A model generated the notes under the pieces. It did no database searches and had not been told where the DNA came from. It was given only the letters and a program-made list of their open reading frames with translations. From positions 2,414,328 to 2,478,327 of the forward strand of contig JAXGPZ010000001.1 in assembly GCA_040766725.1 (NCBI GenBank): a DNA stretch of 64,000 nt, given 5' to 3'. The stretch is from Anaerolineae bacterium. Its GTDB lineage: Bacteria; Chloroflexota; Anaerolineae; UBA1429. The position numbers were made by a program, and so were the translations under genes. Shown piece after piece: positions 44,736 to 52,856 of the stretch (positions are counted from its first letter, which is position 1; each line of letters starts with the position of its first letter).

Positions 44736-45683
44736 ATGGGCAGACTCTACATTGGCGTCACCGACAACGACTGGTTCCATTTCCTAGCAGCCCGCCGGCC
44801 CGATGAGGTCAACTTTTGGCTCCCGGGCGACCAGCGTCGCTTCCGCACGCTCGAAACAGGCGAGCTCTTCCTGTTCAAACTACACAGCCCCGATGACTAT
44901 ATCGTCGGCGGCGGCCTGTTCGTCAGCCACACCCTGTTGCCCCTATCCATGGCATGGGAGGTTTTCGGCACCAGCAACGGAGTGCCGGATCTGGCCACGC
45001 TAAGCAGCAAGATCAGGCACTACCGTGCCTCTAGAGGAGCCATCGGCCGCGACCCGACGATCGGCTGCATCGTGTTGGCCGAGCCGTTCTTCCTCGAGCC
45101 TGCTGCATGGTTGCCGATGCCAGCTGGCTGGCACAGGAACATCGTCCAGGGCAAATCCTACGAGATCGACAGCCCTGAGGGGCGCCGTCTGCTCGACAGT
45201 GTGCTGCCGCTGATGGGGCATCGCATTGGCTCGCCGGCCGTCGGAGAGGTTGCCCCCCGAGTCATTGCAGAGGAGGGGCCACGATACGGGCCCGAGACCC
45301 CCATCAGACCGCGGCTCGGTCAGGGGGGCTTTCGCATCGTGGTCACTGAGGCCTATGAGCGGCGCTGTGCTGTCACCGGCGAGCGCGTACTGCCCGTGCT
45401 GCAGGCATCGCACATCAAGCCCTTCTCATTCGAAGGGCCCAACACGGTGGACAACGGCATCTTGTTGCGGTCAGACCTGCACGCGCTGTTCGATCGTGGC
45501 TACCTGACCATCACCGAGGACCACCATGTCGAGGTTAGCAGGCAGATCGAGCAGGAGTTTCACAACGGCAAGGCGTATCGGCGCCTGCACGGCGCAGAGT
45601 TGTCGGTGTTACCGCAGCGCGAGGTAGAGCGGCCATCTGCAGAGTTCATCGGCTGGCATAACGAGCATTGCTACCGCGGATAG
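44736..45683 (+). CDS. HNH endonuclease with an N-terminal PUA-like (EVE/ASCH-type) domain; candidate modification-dependent (type IV-like) restriction nuclease
   Basis: The C-terminus RCAVTGERVLPVLQASHIKPFSFEGPNTVDNGILLRSDLHALFDRGYL is an HNH (HNH_2-like) motif. The N-terminus YIGVTDNDWFHFLAARRPDEVNFWLPGD...GELFLFKLHSPDDYIVGGGLFVSH has a PUA-like beta-barrel pattern. Confidence 0.65.
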   Translation: MGRLYIGVTDNDWFHFLAARRPDEVNFWLPGDQRRFRTLETGELFLFKLHSPDDYIVGGGLFVSHTLLPLSMAWEVFGTSNGVPDLATLSSKIRHYRASRGAIGRDPTIGCIVLAEPFFLEPAAWLPMPAGWHRNIVQGKSYEIDSPEGRRLLDSVLPLMGHRIGSPAVGEVAPRVIAEEGPRYGPETPIRPRLGQGGFRIVVTEAYERRCAVTGERVLPVLQASHIKPFSFEGPNTVDNGILLRSDLHALFDRGYLTITEDHHVEVSRQIEQEFHNGKAYRRLHGAELSVLPQREVERPSAEFIGWHNEHCYRG

Positions 45684-46296
45684 CTAGCCCTACTCAAGCC
45701 AACCTCCCGACGATCAAAGCCAGGATGAGCACCTCTGTGATGGCTGTAGGTCATTTGCAGCGCAGTCACGGGGCTGCGCTGTACTGCTCCATCTCAAATG
45801 GAACTGGCAAGAGCTGATCCTCTATGCTCCTGATCGTTCTTGGCTCAGTGGGGAGCAGCAGCTGGCGAGCCTTGCACTCCGCGATCGCATCATAGACGCA
45901 ATGCCGCAGGTAGCCCAAGGTATTCGCACTCGCGCCGGAGGGGCGGGTGGTGGCGCCATCCGAGTCGCCTCTGCTCCCGTCAGGTCGGTGGAGGGCGCCT
46001 CGGGGCCAGGTGCCTGTTGCTCAGGCCCAACAGGCGGCCACCTGAGGACCCGGAACCGCAGGGCAGCTGATGCCGTTGCGCGGATCGTGTTGGGCCGGAC
46101 GGATGCGGACTCTCGCGAAAACTGTTCCAGCAGTGTCAGAGCCCTTTGTGCAGTCAGGCCCCAAGGGCTCTGGAGGAGAGCGGACGGGCACACCAAGACC
46201 CCAGCAAGGCTCTACGTAACGCTCTGCGATGCGGGTGGTGAGAATCCGCAGCCTGCGCTGTGGCCACCGTAGGCCAGCCCGATCGCCGCCAGCGCG

Positions 46297-46328
46297 CAAG
46301 CCAAACGGGCGCTCCACGGAGCGCCCGT
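46297..46328 (-). terminator. GC-rich hairpin (ACGGGCGCTCC / GGAGCGCCCGT) followed by TTGGCTTG, downstream of the corrinoid-protein gene
   Basis: Seen in the sequence 29 nt after the stop at 46357. The U-tract is weak. Confidence 0.4.
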
Positions 46329-46356
46329 CTGCAATCACTCGTCTCGGTTGCGGCCG

Positions 46357-46992
46357 TCAGCCCGCGATCAACTCGGCCACCAGCCGCGCCGCACCCGCCG
46401 CGTCGCGCGCATAGCCGTCGGCGCCGATCTCGTCGGCGTACTTTTGCGTCACCGGCGCACCGCCGATCATGATCTTGATCTTGCCGTGCAGCCCCGATTC
46501 CTTGAGCGCCTCGACCGTCGCCTTCATGCTCGGCATCGTCGTCGTCAGCAGCGCCGACAGCCCGATCACCTGCGCTCCGCGCTCGATCGCCGTCTGCACA
46601 TAGTTCTCCGGCGCCACGTCCACCCCCAGGTCGATCACTTCGTATCCCGCACCCTCCACCATGATCGCCACCAGGTTCTTGCCGATGTCGTGCAGGTCGC
46701 CCTTGACCGTGCCCACCACCACCTTGCCCTTGGGCTCCACGCCCCTCGCCACCAGCTCTGGCTTGAGTATGGCCAGCCCCGCCTTCATCGCTCGCGCCGC
46801 AATCAGCAGCTCGGGCACATAGTACTCGTTGATCTCGAACAGCCGCCCCACCTCGGCCATCGCCGGGATCATCGCCTCGTTCAGCACCCGGCCTGCCTCG
46901 ATGCCCGCCACCAACGCCGCACGCGTCCCGGTTTCGCAAGCCGCCATGTCGCCGTTCAAGATCGCTTCGTAGATCGCTTCTGGAAATGACAT
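46357..46992 (-). CDS. Cobalamin (B12)-binding corrinoid protein (MtaC/MtbC-like, DxHxxG)
   Basis: The B12-binding motif VKGDLHDIGKNLV (DxHxxG) and GGAPVTQ are present. The N-terminal helical cap resembles methyltransferase corrinoid proteins. Confidence 0.8.
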   Translation of the reverse strand: MSFPEAIYEAILNGDMAACETGTRAALVAGIEAGRVLNEAMIPAMAEVGRLFEINEYYVPELLIAARAMKAGLAILKPELVARGVEPKGKVVVGTVKGDLHDIGKNLVAIMVEGAGYEVIDLGVDVAPENYVQTAIERGAQVIGLSALLTTTMPSMKATVEALKESGLHGKIKIMIGGAPVTQKYADEIGADGYARDAAGAARLVAELIAG

Positions 46993-47004
46993 GCCTTTGC
47001 TCCT

Positions 47005-48003
47005 CTAGGGCTTGATCGCGGCGCGTCGCCAGGGGTCGGCCTGCAGGAATGCGTCTAGCATGACCTGCTTCTTTTCAGGCACTACACCGATGGCCTCGCC
47101 ATCGCCATAGTCGCTAAGGATAAAGCCGCCTTCGGGCGTCGCCCACCGCTCGAGCAGCAGTTGTGCCTCCTCGCGAATGTCGTCAGCGTCTTTGAAGGGC
47201 AGCGTGTGTTGAATATCACAGAGTGACTCGAAGCATATCCGACCGCGATACCTTGCGCCGATCTCCTCAATGCCCAAAGCGCGCGGCTGCTGCAAGTTGA
47301 TCACGTTGCAGCCGATCTCGATCAACGGCTCGATGACCTCGTTCACCTTGCCGCAGCTATGCATCCACACGTGCCAGCCCTTGGCGTGCATCGAGTCGAA
47401 AAGCACCTTGTATCGTGGCTTGAAAAACTCGTTCCACATCTTGGGGCTCACAAAGGTAGCGAGCTCGGTGCCCCAGTCATCAGTAAAGGAAAACCCGTGG
47501 ATCTGCCCGGGGAAGCGTGCATGGATATTCTCCATGATGCCCAGGTTGTACTCCATAACCTTGTCAGCCAGCCATTCCATGCTCTGCCGTTCGGCATACA
47601 GGTCTGTCAGTGTGTTCTGAAACCCATGCAACATGTGCATACGCTCGAACAGGAAAAACCCGATGCCGGTCATGATGTACTTGCCATCCGAGCCTTCGAA
47701 CCGCTCCTCCATGCCTTCATAGAACAGCGGGTTGTCGGGGTCAGGCCACCGATAGGAGTCCGCTTTGCTCAGATCTTCCAGCGGGTGCCCTTTGACCTGC
47801 CCCATATTGGACATCTCGGTCCGCTCCCACAGACACCCGAACCAATCATAGTCCTGACGTTTGGCACGGTCGCCCACGCCCTTGTTGTTCCAAGCCACAC
47901 CGAAAGTGTCATTGAGCCCCAGGAGCGCAAAGCGCACCGGTATGCGGTCAGGTGTTCGAAACTCGATCGCCCGCCGCACAACTTCGTATGATGACATGGC
48001 CAT
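47005..48003 (-). CDS. Uroporphyrinogen-decarboxylase-family (MtaA/MtbA/CmuA-like) methylcobamide methyltransferase
   Basis: N-terminus YEVVRRAIEFRTPDRIPV is URO-D-like. Putative Zn ligands are in WMHSCGKV (HxC) and a downstream Cys (FESLCD), as in MtaA. It lies 12 nt before the corrinoid protein gene. Confidence 0.75.
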   Translation of the reverse strand: MAMSSYEVVRRAIEFRTPDRIPVRFALLGLNDTFGVAWNNKGVGDRAKRQDYDWFGCLWERTEMSNMGQVKGHPLEDLSKADSYRWPDPDNPLFYEGMEERFEGSDGKYIMTGIGFFLFERMHMLHGFQNTLTDLYAERQSMEWLADKVMEYNLGIMENIHARFPGQIHGFSFTDDWGTELATFVSPKMWNEFFKPRYKVLFDSMHAKGWHVWMHSCGKVNEVIEPLIEIGCNVINLQQPRALGIEEIGARYRGRICFESLCDIQHTLPFKDADDIREEAQLLLERWATPEGGFILSDYGDGEAIGVVPEKKQVMLDAFLQADPWRRAAIKP

Positions 48004-48046
48004 GGCAGTCTCCTGATGCGTGGTAGATATGGCGCGAGGCAGACCG

Positions 48047-48895
48047 CTAGCCTTTGAGCCCGCTCATCGCCATGCCTTCGACGAATTGCCGCTGAAAGAT
48101 AAAGTAGACGATCAGGATAGGCACAGTGGCCACCGTGGTAAAGGCCATGACCGTACCCCAATCCACCGAAAACTCGCTATAGAAGCGCGTGACAGCAATC
48201 GGGATAGTGAACATCTCCGTTTCGTTGACCACAATGCTCGGCCACAGGAACGAGTTCCACGCACCCATGGCGGTGAACACAATCACCGTCGACACCGCCG
48301 ACTTGGACAGCGGCAATACCAGGCTGAACAGGATGCGCAGATCACTAGACCCATCTATGTAGGCCGCGTCGACCAGATCCGTCGGAACGGCCAGAAAGTG
48401 CTGTCGAAGCAGAAAGATAGCAAATGGCGTCATCAAGCCCGGCAATATCAGGCCGAGGTAGGTGTTTGTCAGGTGCAGGTTGCGCACCATGATATAGAGC
48501 GGGATAAGGATCACGTACGATGGGATCATCATGGTCAGTAGACACAAGGTGAAGACGGTATCGCGCCCTGGAAAAGTAAAGCGCGTCAGCCCATAGGCCA
48601 CGATGGCCGAGAGCAGAAGCGTAGTCAATACCTGGATCAAAGCAGTAAAGGCACTGTTGAAATAGACGCGTGGAATGTCCACCAGTCGCCAGGCTTCGCG
48701 ATAGTTGCGTAATGTGCCCAGTCCCGGCGTAATCCACCGCGGCGGGTAGGCCATCACCTCCGTATTGGGCTTGAACGAGGCCAGCGCCATCCACACCAGC
48801 GGCGCCAAGGCGATCACCGCGCCTGCCGTCAGCATGACGTAGATGATCCCTAGCAGAATCCACCTGCGAACACGAGGCCATCTGCTGGCCTGCAT
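48047..48895 (-). CDS. Sugar ABC transporter permease (MalG/UgpE-like)
   Basis: EAA motif DAAYIDGSSDLRILFSLVLP. ATG 48895 has a GGAGGAGGAG RBS. The track start 48913 is TTG. Confidence 0.85.
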   Translation of the reverse strand: MQASRWPRVRRWILLGIIYVMLTAGAVIALAPLVWMALASFKPNTEVMAYPPRWITPGLGTLRNYREAWRLVDIPRVYFNSAFTALIQVLTTLLLSAIVAYGLTRFTFPGRDTVFTLCLLTMMIPSYVILIPLYIMVRNLHLTNTYLGLILPGLMTPFAIFLLRQHFLAVPTDLVDAAYIDGSSDLRILFSLVLPLSKSAVSTVIVFTAMGAWNSFLWPSIVVNETEMFTIPIAVTRFYSEFSVDWGTVMAFTTVATVPILIVYFIFQRQFVEGMAMSGLKG

Positions 48896-48943
48896 AGGGC
48901 ACTCCTCCTCCAAAGCGACCGGCTGACGGGTCGAGGCTTGGAC

Positions 48944-49858
48944 CTAGTACGTTACCTCGCGCTCAACGACGCGCCGCTGGATGATCGTCACCAGTAGGAT
49001 CACGAGCGTCAACACAATGCCCATCGCCGTGCCATAGCCCAGCCGAAGATATTGGAACGACTCGCGATACAGCAGATAGACTGGCGTCCAGGTGCTGTTG
49101 AGCGGTCCGCCAGCAGTCATGAGGAATGGCTGCATGAACACCTGAAAGCCCCAGATGCCGTTTAGGATGATGCACAGCACAATGGTGGGGTTGAGCAGTG
49201 GAATGGTGATGCGCAGCAACTGCTGCATCGAGTTTGCTCCGTCAATCCGCGAGGCCTCATAGTACTCTCGGGGAATGTTCTGCAGGCCCGCCAGAAAGAT
49301 CACTGTGTAAAAGCCCACGCCCTTCCACACGTCCATCAGGGCGATGGATTCCATGGCTTGCTTGGGCGATGAGATAAACTGCTGTTTAGGAATGCCCAGC
49401 TTCCCGAGGTAGTAGTTGATCAGCCCCATCGAGGGCGAATACAGCGACGTGAACAGCACCGCGATGACGGTTAACGAGACGACGTTGGGCACAAAGTAGA
49501 CCGTCCGGAAAAAGCCCCGCAAGAACTGCAGATTATTGAGCGCCAGTGCGGCCAGTAGCGAAAGCACCAACGTTAGGGGTATCTGCACCACCATATATCT
49601 GCCCACGTTGGCATAGCTCTTGAGGTAGAGATCATCTTGCAGCATTGTCCTAAAGTGCTGCAAGCCGACAAAACGCGGCGTCTCATAGAGTGTCTCAAAC
49701 TCGCGGAAACTGAGCCAAAATGCATAGAGCAGCGGAAAGAGCCAGAATATCAGAAAGAAAAGCAGGTATGGTGAAAGAAACGCGTAACCCTTCAGCACCT
49801 GGCGATGCCGGTACAACAGCCGGTCGATCTTTTCGCCCAGGCTGGGTTTCTCTGGCAT
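48944..49858 (-). CDS. Sugar ABC transporter permease (MalF/UgpA-like)
   Basis: MPEKPSLGEKIDRLLYRHRQVLKGYAFL... EAA loop YEASRIDGANSMQQLLRITIP. Start chosen at ATG 49858. The RBS is distant, so the start is uncertain. Confidence 0.75.
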   Translation of the reverse strand: MPEKPSLGEKIDRLLYRHRQVLKGYAFLSPYLLFFLIFWLFPLLYAFWLSFREFETLYETPRFVGLQHFRTMLQDDLYLKSYANVGRYMVVQIPLTLVLSLLAALALNNLQFLRGFFRTVYFVPNVVSLTVIAVLFTSLYSPSMGLINYYLGKLGIPKQQFISSPKQAMESIALMDVWKGVGFYTVIFLAGLQNIPREYYEASRIDGANSMQQLLRITIPLLNPTIVLCIILNGIWGFQVFMQPFLMTAGGPLNSTWTPVYLLYRESFQYLRLGYGTAMGIVLTLVILLVTIIQRRVVEREVTY

Positions 49859-49957
49859 CACAGCGCGAGTAGCCAAGTCTCTCCTTTCTCCCCGTCTCCA
49901 TAGGGAGCACCCGGAGCGAACGCAGAGCATCCGCTCCGGGGTCATGCTGCACAAAAC

Positions 49958-51403
49958 CTATCTGGCGGCGCGCGCCTCTTGGACAGCCTGGAGCAGCTTG
50001 TCGAACTCGGCGCTGGCGGTCTCCATCGCTTCTTCGACGGGCTTGTTCTCAAAGAGAATGCTCTGGTACTCTTGCTGGATCACGGCTTCGATACGAGTGT
50101 ATTCCATGCCCACCCGAGGAATGCCGTTGACCGCCAGGGCTACCGCTTGTTTGTGCTGCGGAATGCCCTCTTCTAGATAGGGATGATCGCCCATGTCGTT
50201 GCGGGCTGGCGTGTAGTAGTTTCGACCAAAGTCGGCTTCCTGATCGGCCTGCGTGCAAAAGTTGATCCAGTCCCAGGCCTCGGCCTTGTGCTCGGCGATC
50301 TTGAAGATCACCTGGCCCATGCCATCGCCCACGCCCGTCACAGCGGGCTCCTTTTTCTTGGCGTTGGGCGGGAGCGGATAGCCCATTGGCGCCCAGCGGA
50401 ACTTGTCACCGATGGCATCCTGCATGCCCTTGTAGCCACGGTTCGACGGCGTGAAGGAGATCGGGACAAGCTGGTCGTTGAAGAAGCTGGTACCTGGCGC
50501 AGGCTTCTCGGGCGATACCCAACCCTTGTCAAAGATGTCCTTGAACAGCTTGACCGTGTTCACCACGGGCTCGGTGTTCAAGAGCGACTTGAACTCTGTG
50601 GTGTCGGCGATGGTGACGATCGAATCGGTATACATGCCCGGATACGAAGCCAGATAGAGCATGATGGCCCAGGCGGTGTGAACAAGCATATCCACCGGCC
50701 AGTTGCCACTTCCCTGCAGTTTCTCCAGCCAGACGAGGTACTCTTCCCAGGTCTTGGGCGGCTTGTCAGCATCCAGCCCGGCCTTGTCGACCATATCGAG
50801 GTTGTAGGTCGGGCAGTGAATGTCGATGCAGTTGGGCATGATGTAGACGTCTTCCATATCGAGCTTCAATCGCTCGATCATCTGAGGGAAGATCGCCTTT
50901 TCCAGGTCCGAGTAGCCGGGGTAGACGGTGTCGTCATTCAGCTTCTCGAGCACCTGCAGACGCACAAACTCGTACGTCCGCAACGTGTGGAGCCACATGG
51001 TGTCGGGGCGTTCGCCAGCCGCCAGCCGTGTGATCATGCGCTCCTCGGTCTCACCTGGGGCGGCTGCATACGACTTGGAGAGCACGTCCACGTCGGGGAA
51101 CTGCTCCATAAAGCGCGGCGCGATGGCGGCGAAAGTCGGCTCTAGCGCTGCTCCCTGAAAGCCATAGATGGCCAGTTCGACCTTTTCTTTGGGCGCAGGG
51201 GGAGCGGTCGCGATCTTCTCGACCACCTTCTCGACGACCTTGGGCGTGCCCTCGACGATGACGGTCTCCTTTACAACCTCCTTGACAACCTTCTCGACCT
51301 CGACGACCTTGGGCTGGCAAGCGGCCAGCAACGCAGCGCCGGCTCCGGCACAGCCGAGGCGCAACACAGCACGTCGTGTCAACATTCTTCCCTGAATCGC
51401 CAT
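49958..51403 (-). CDS. Sugar ABC transporter substrate-binding lipoprotein (family 1)
   Basis: MLTRRAVLRLG, lipobox LLAAC, VVEVEKVVKEVVKETVIVEGTPKVVEKVVEK linker. AAGGAGGG RBS before ATG 51403. Confidence 0.85.
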   Translation of the reverse strand: MAIQGRMLTRRAVLRLGCAGAGAALLAACQPKVVEVEKVVKEVVKETVIVEGTPKVVEKVVEKIATAPPAPKEKVELAIYGFQGAALEPTFAAIAPRFMEQFPDVDVLSKSYAAAPGETEERMITRLAAGERPDTMWLHTLRTYEFVRLQVLEKLNDDTVYPGYSDLEKAIFPQMIERLKLDMEDVYIMPNCIDIHCPTYNLDMVDKAGLDADKPPKTWEEYLVWLEKLQGSGNWPVDMLVHTAWAIMLYLASYPGMYTDSIVTIADTTEFKSLLNTEPVVNTVKLFKDIFDKGWVSPEKPAPGTSFFNDQLVPISFTPSNRGYKGMQDAIGDKFRWAPMGYPLPPNAKKKEPAVTGVGDGMGQVIFKIAEHKAEAWDWINFCTQADQEADFGRNYYTPARNDMGDHPYLEEGIPQHKQAVALAVNGIPRVGMEYTRIEAVIQQEYQSILFENKPVEEAMETASAEFDKLLQAVQEARAAR

Positions 51404-51536
51404 AGCCTCGTTCCCTCCTTTGCCTCTATACACTCCCTGTAGGGCGTCGGGCCAAGGCGGCTACTCGCGGACCGGGCGGATCATCCCTCTGATGAGGGCG
51501 CTCCGACAATCCCGTTCCGCAGCAGGCAAGAGCCTT

Positions 51537-51572
51537 TGCCGCGCCGCCCAGACTGTCTACAATTATGACAGC
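51537..51572 (+). promoter_or_regulatory. Promoter-like TTGCCG, 16-nt spacer, TACAAT, overlapped by the palindrome CTGTCTACAATTATGACAG (candidate operator), in the divergent region between the sugar operon and the regulator gene
   Basis: Seen in the sequence at 51554..51572 (palindrome) and 51559..51564 (-10). Confidence 0.3.
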
Positions 51573-51635
51573 AAACCACCATCGCGAGAGGGCGTTCCTG
51601 CTCAATTGCGGCCACGATGAGGCTATCACCCGGAC

Positions 51636-52856
51636 ATGACGTCAAGCGATCAGCTGGCAGGTATGGTGCGCTGGGCCCTGCGTCGACTTTACGATCCTGT
51701 GGCGCTGCGCACCAGTCCGCTGGTAGCGCTTCTTGGGTTGGATGCTGACCGCAATCCCGCCAAGCGTCTGCAGCAGGTGCTCATCAGCGCCATCGAGGCG
51801 TGCGAGCCAGGGCCAGAAGTGCCTGAGCAGTCGCGGGCCTGGCGCCTGCATGAGGTACTGCGCTCTCGTTATGTGGAGCAGTCGGGTCAGCAACAGGTCG
51901 CCGACCAGCTCGGCATCGGGGTGCGCCATCTTCGCCGTGAGGAGGTCGAGGCGATCACGGCGTTGGCCCATCTACTCGAGCCCGCCATCGCCCCCACAAC
52001 TGGCCTGGCACACGCTGAGCCCGGCCGGCATGAGCCCACGCCGCCTTTCTCAGCCGACGAACCACAACGCTGTGCCACGCCGCTCAACGAGGTCTTGATC
52101 GGCGCAATAGAAACGGTGGCTCCCTTGGCCGACAGGCACCTGGTGCACCTGGCTCCACCTCCGGCCGACATGTTGCAGAGCATATGCTGCTGCATCGAGC
52201 CCATGGCCTTGCGCCAGGTCCTGATCAACCTGCTGTGCGTGGCGGTGCGACAAACGCCGGGTGGCGAGGTGCGTGTAGATGTTCACTCCGATGGCGTCGA
52301 GCTCGTTCTCATGCTCATCGGCGTTGGTCGCAGCCATCCTGTGCCACGCGATGCCGATGACTGCGAGAACATCGCGTTGACAGCCGCGCTTCTCAACAGG
52401 TATGAGGCTACGTTGACGCTCTCGCCGCCCGAGGCCGATTTCGTGGCCACCCTGATCACACTCGCCAGCCCAGCCATTACGGTCATGGTGGTTGAGGACA
52501 ACGCCGATACCCTGAGTCTGTTGCAGCGCTACGTGGCCAGCTCGCCCTACCGAGTGCTCGGTCTTGGGCAGGCCGAACGGGCCATTGAGATGGCATGCGA
52601 GAACCAGCCGGACGTCATCGTGCTGGATGTGATGATGCCTACGGTCGATGGCTGGGAGTTGCTGGGCCGCCTGCAGCAGCATCCACAGACCAGTCATATC
52701 CCGCTGATTGTCTGCACGATTTTGGCGCAAGAGGAACTAGCACGCACACTCGGCGCTCGCGACTTTGTGCACAAGCCGGTTACGCGTCAGGCGTTCCTGG
52801 CTGCGCTCGATCGGCAGGCGCCTGCGATTGGCGGCCCAGCGCATCGGTCACACTGA
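51636..52856 (+). CDS. Atypical regulator: N-terminal HTH-like domain, degenerate HATPase_c-like domain (no recognisable HisKA), C-terminal receiver domain
   Basis: QQVADQLGIGVRHLRR is HTH-like. LRQVLINLLCVAVRQTPGGEVRVDV is N-box-like. The REC domain is VMVVEDNADT...DVIVLDVMMPTVDGWELL...PLIVCT...FVHKP. Confidence 0.65.
   Translation: MTSSDQLAGMVRWALRRLYDPVALRTSPLVALLGLDADRNPAKRLQQVLISAIEACEPGPEVPEQSRAWRLHEVLRSRYVEQSGQQQVADQLGIGVRHLRREEVEAITALAHLLEPAIAPTTGLAHAEPGRHEPTPPFSADEPQRCATPLNEVLIGAIETVAPLADRHLVHLAPPPADMLQSICCCIEPMALRQVLINLLCVAVRQTPGGEVRVDVHSDGVELVLMLIGVGRSHPVPRDADDCENIALTAALLNRYEATLTLSPPEADFVATLITLASPAITVMVVEDNADTLSLLQRYVASSPYRVLGLGQAERAIEMACENQPDVIVLDVMMPTVDGWELLGRLQQHPQTSHIPLIVCTILAQEELARTLGARDFVHKPVTRQAFLAALDRQAPAIGGPAHRSH

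Noticed and set aside
46154-46939. 261-aa Arg/Gly-rich minus-strand ORF overlapping the corrinoid-protein gene
   Set aside because: It is an alternative frame of the B12-binding protein gene and has an RGRG-type junk composition. The DxHxxG frame is the real one.
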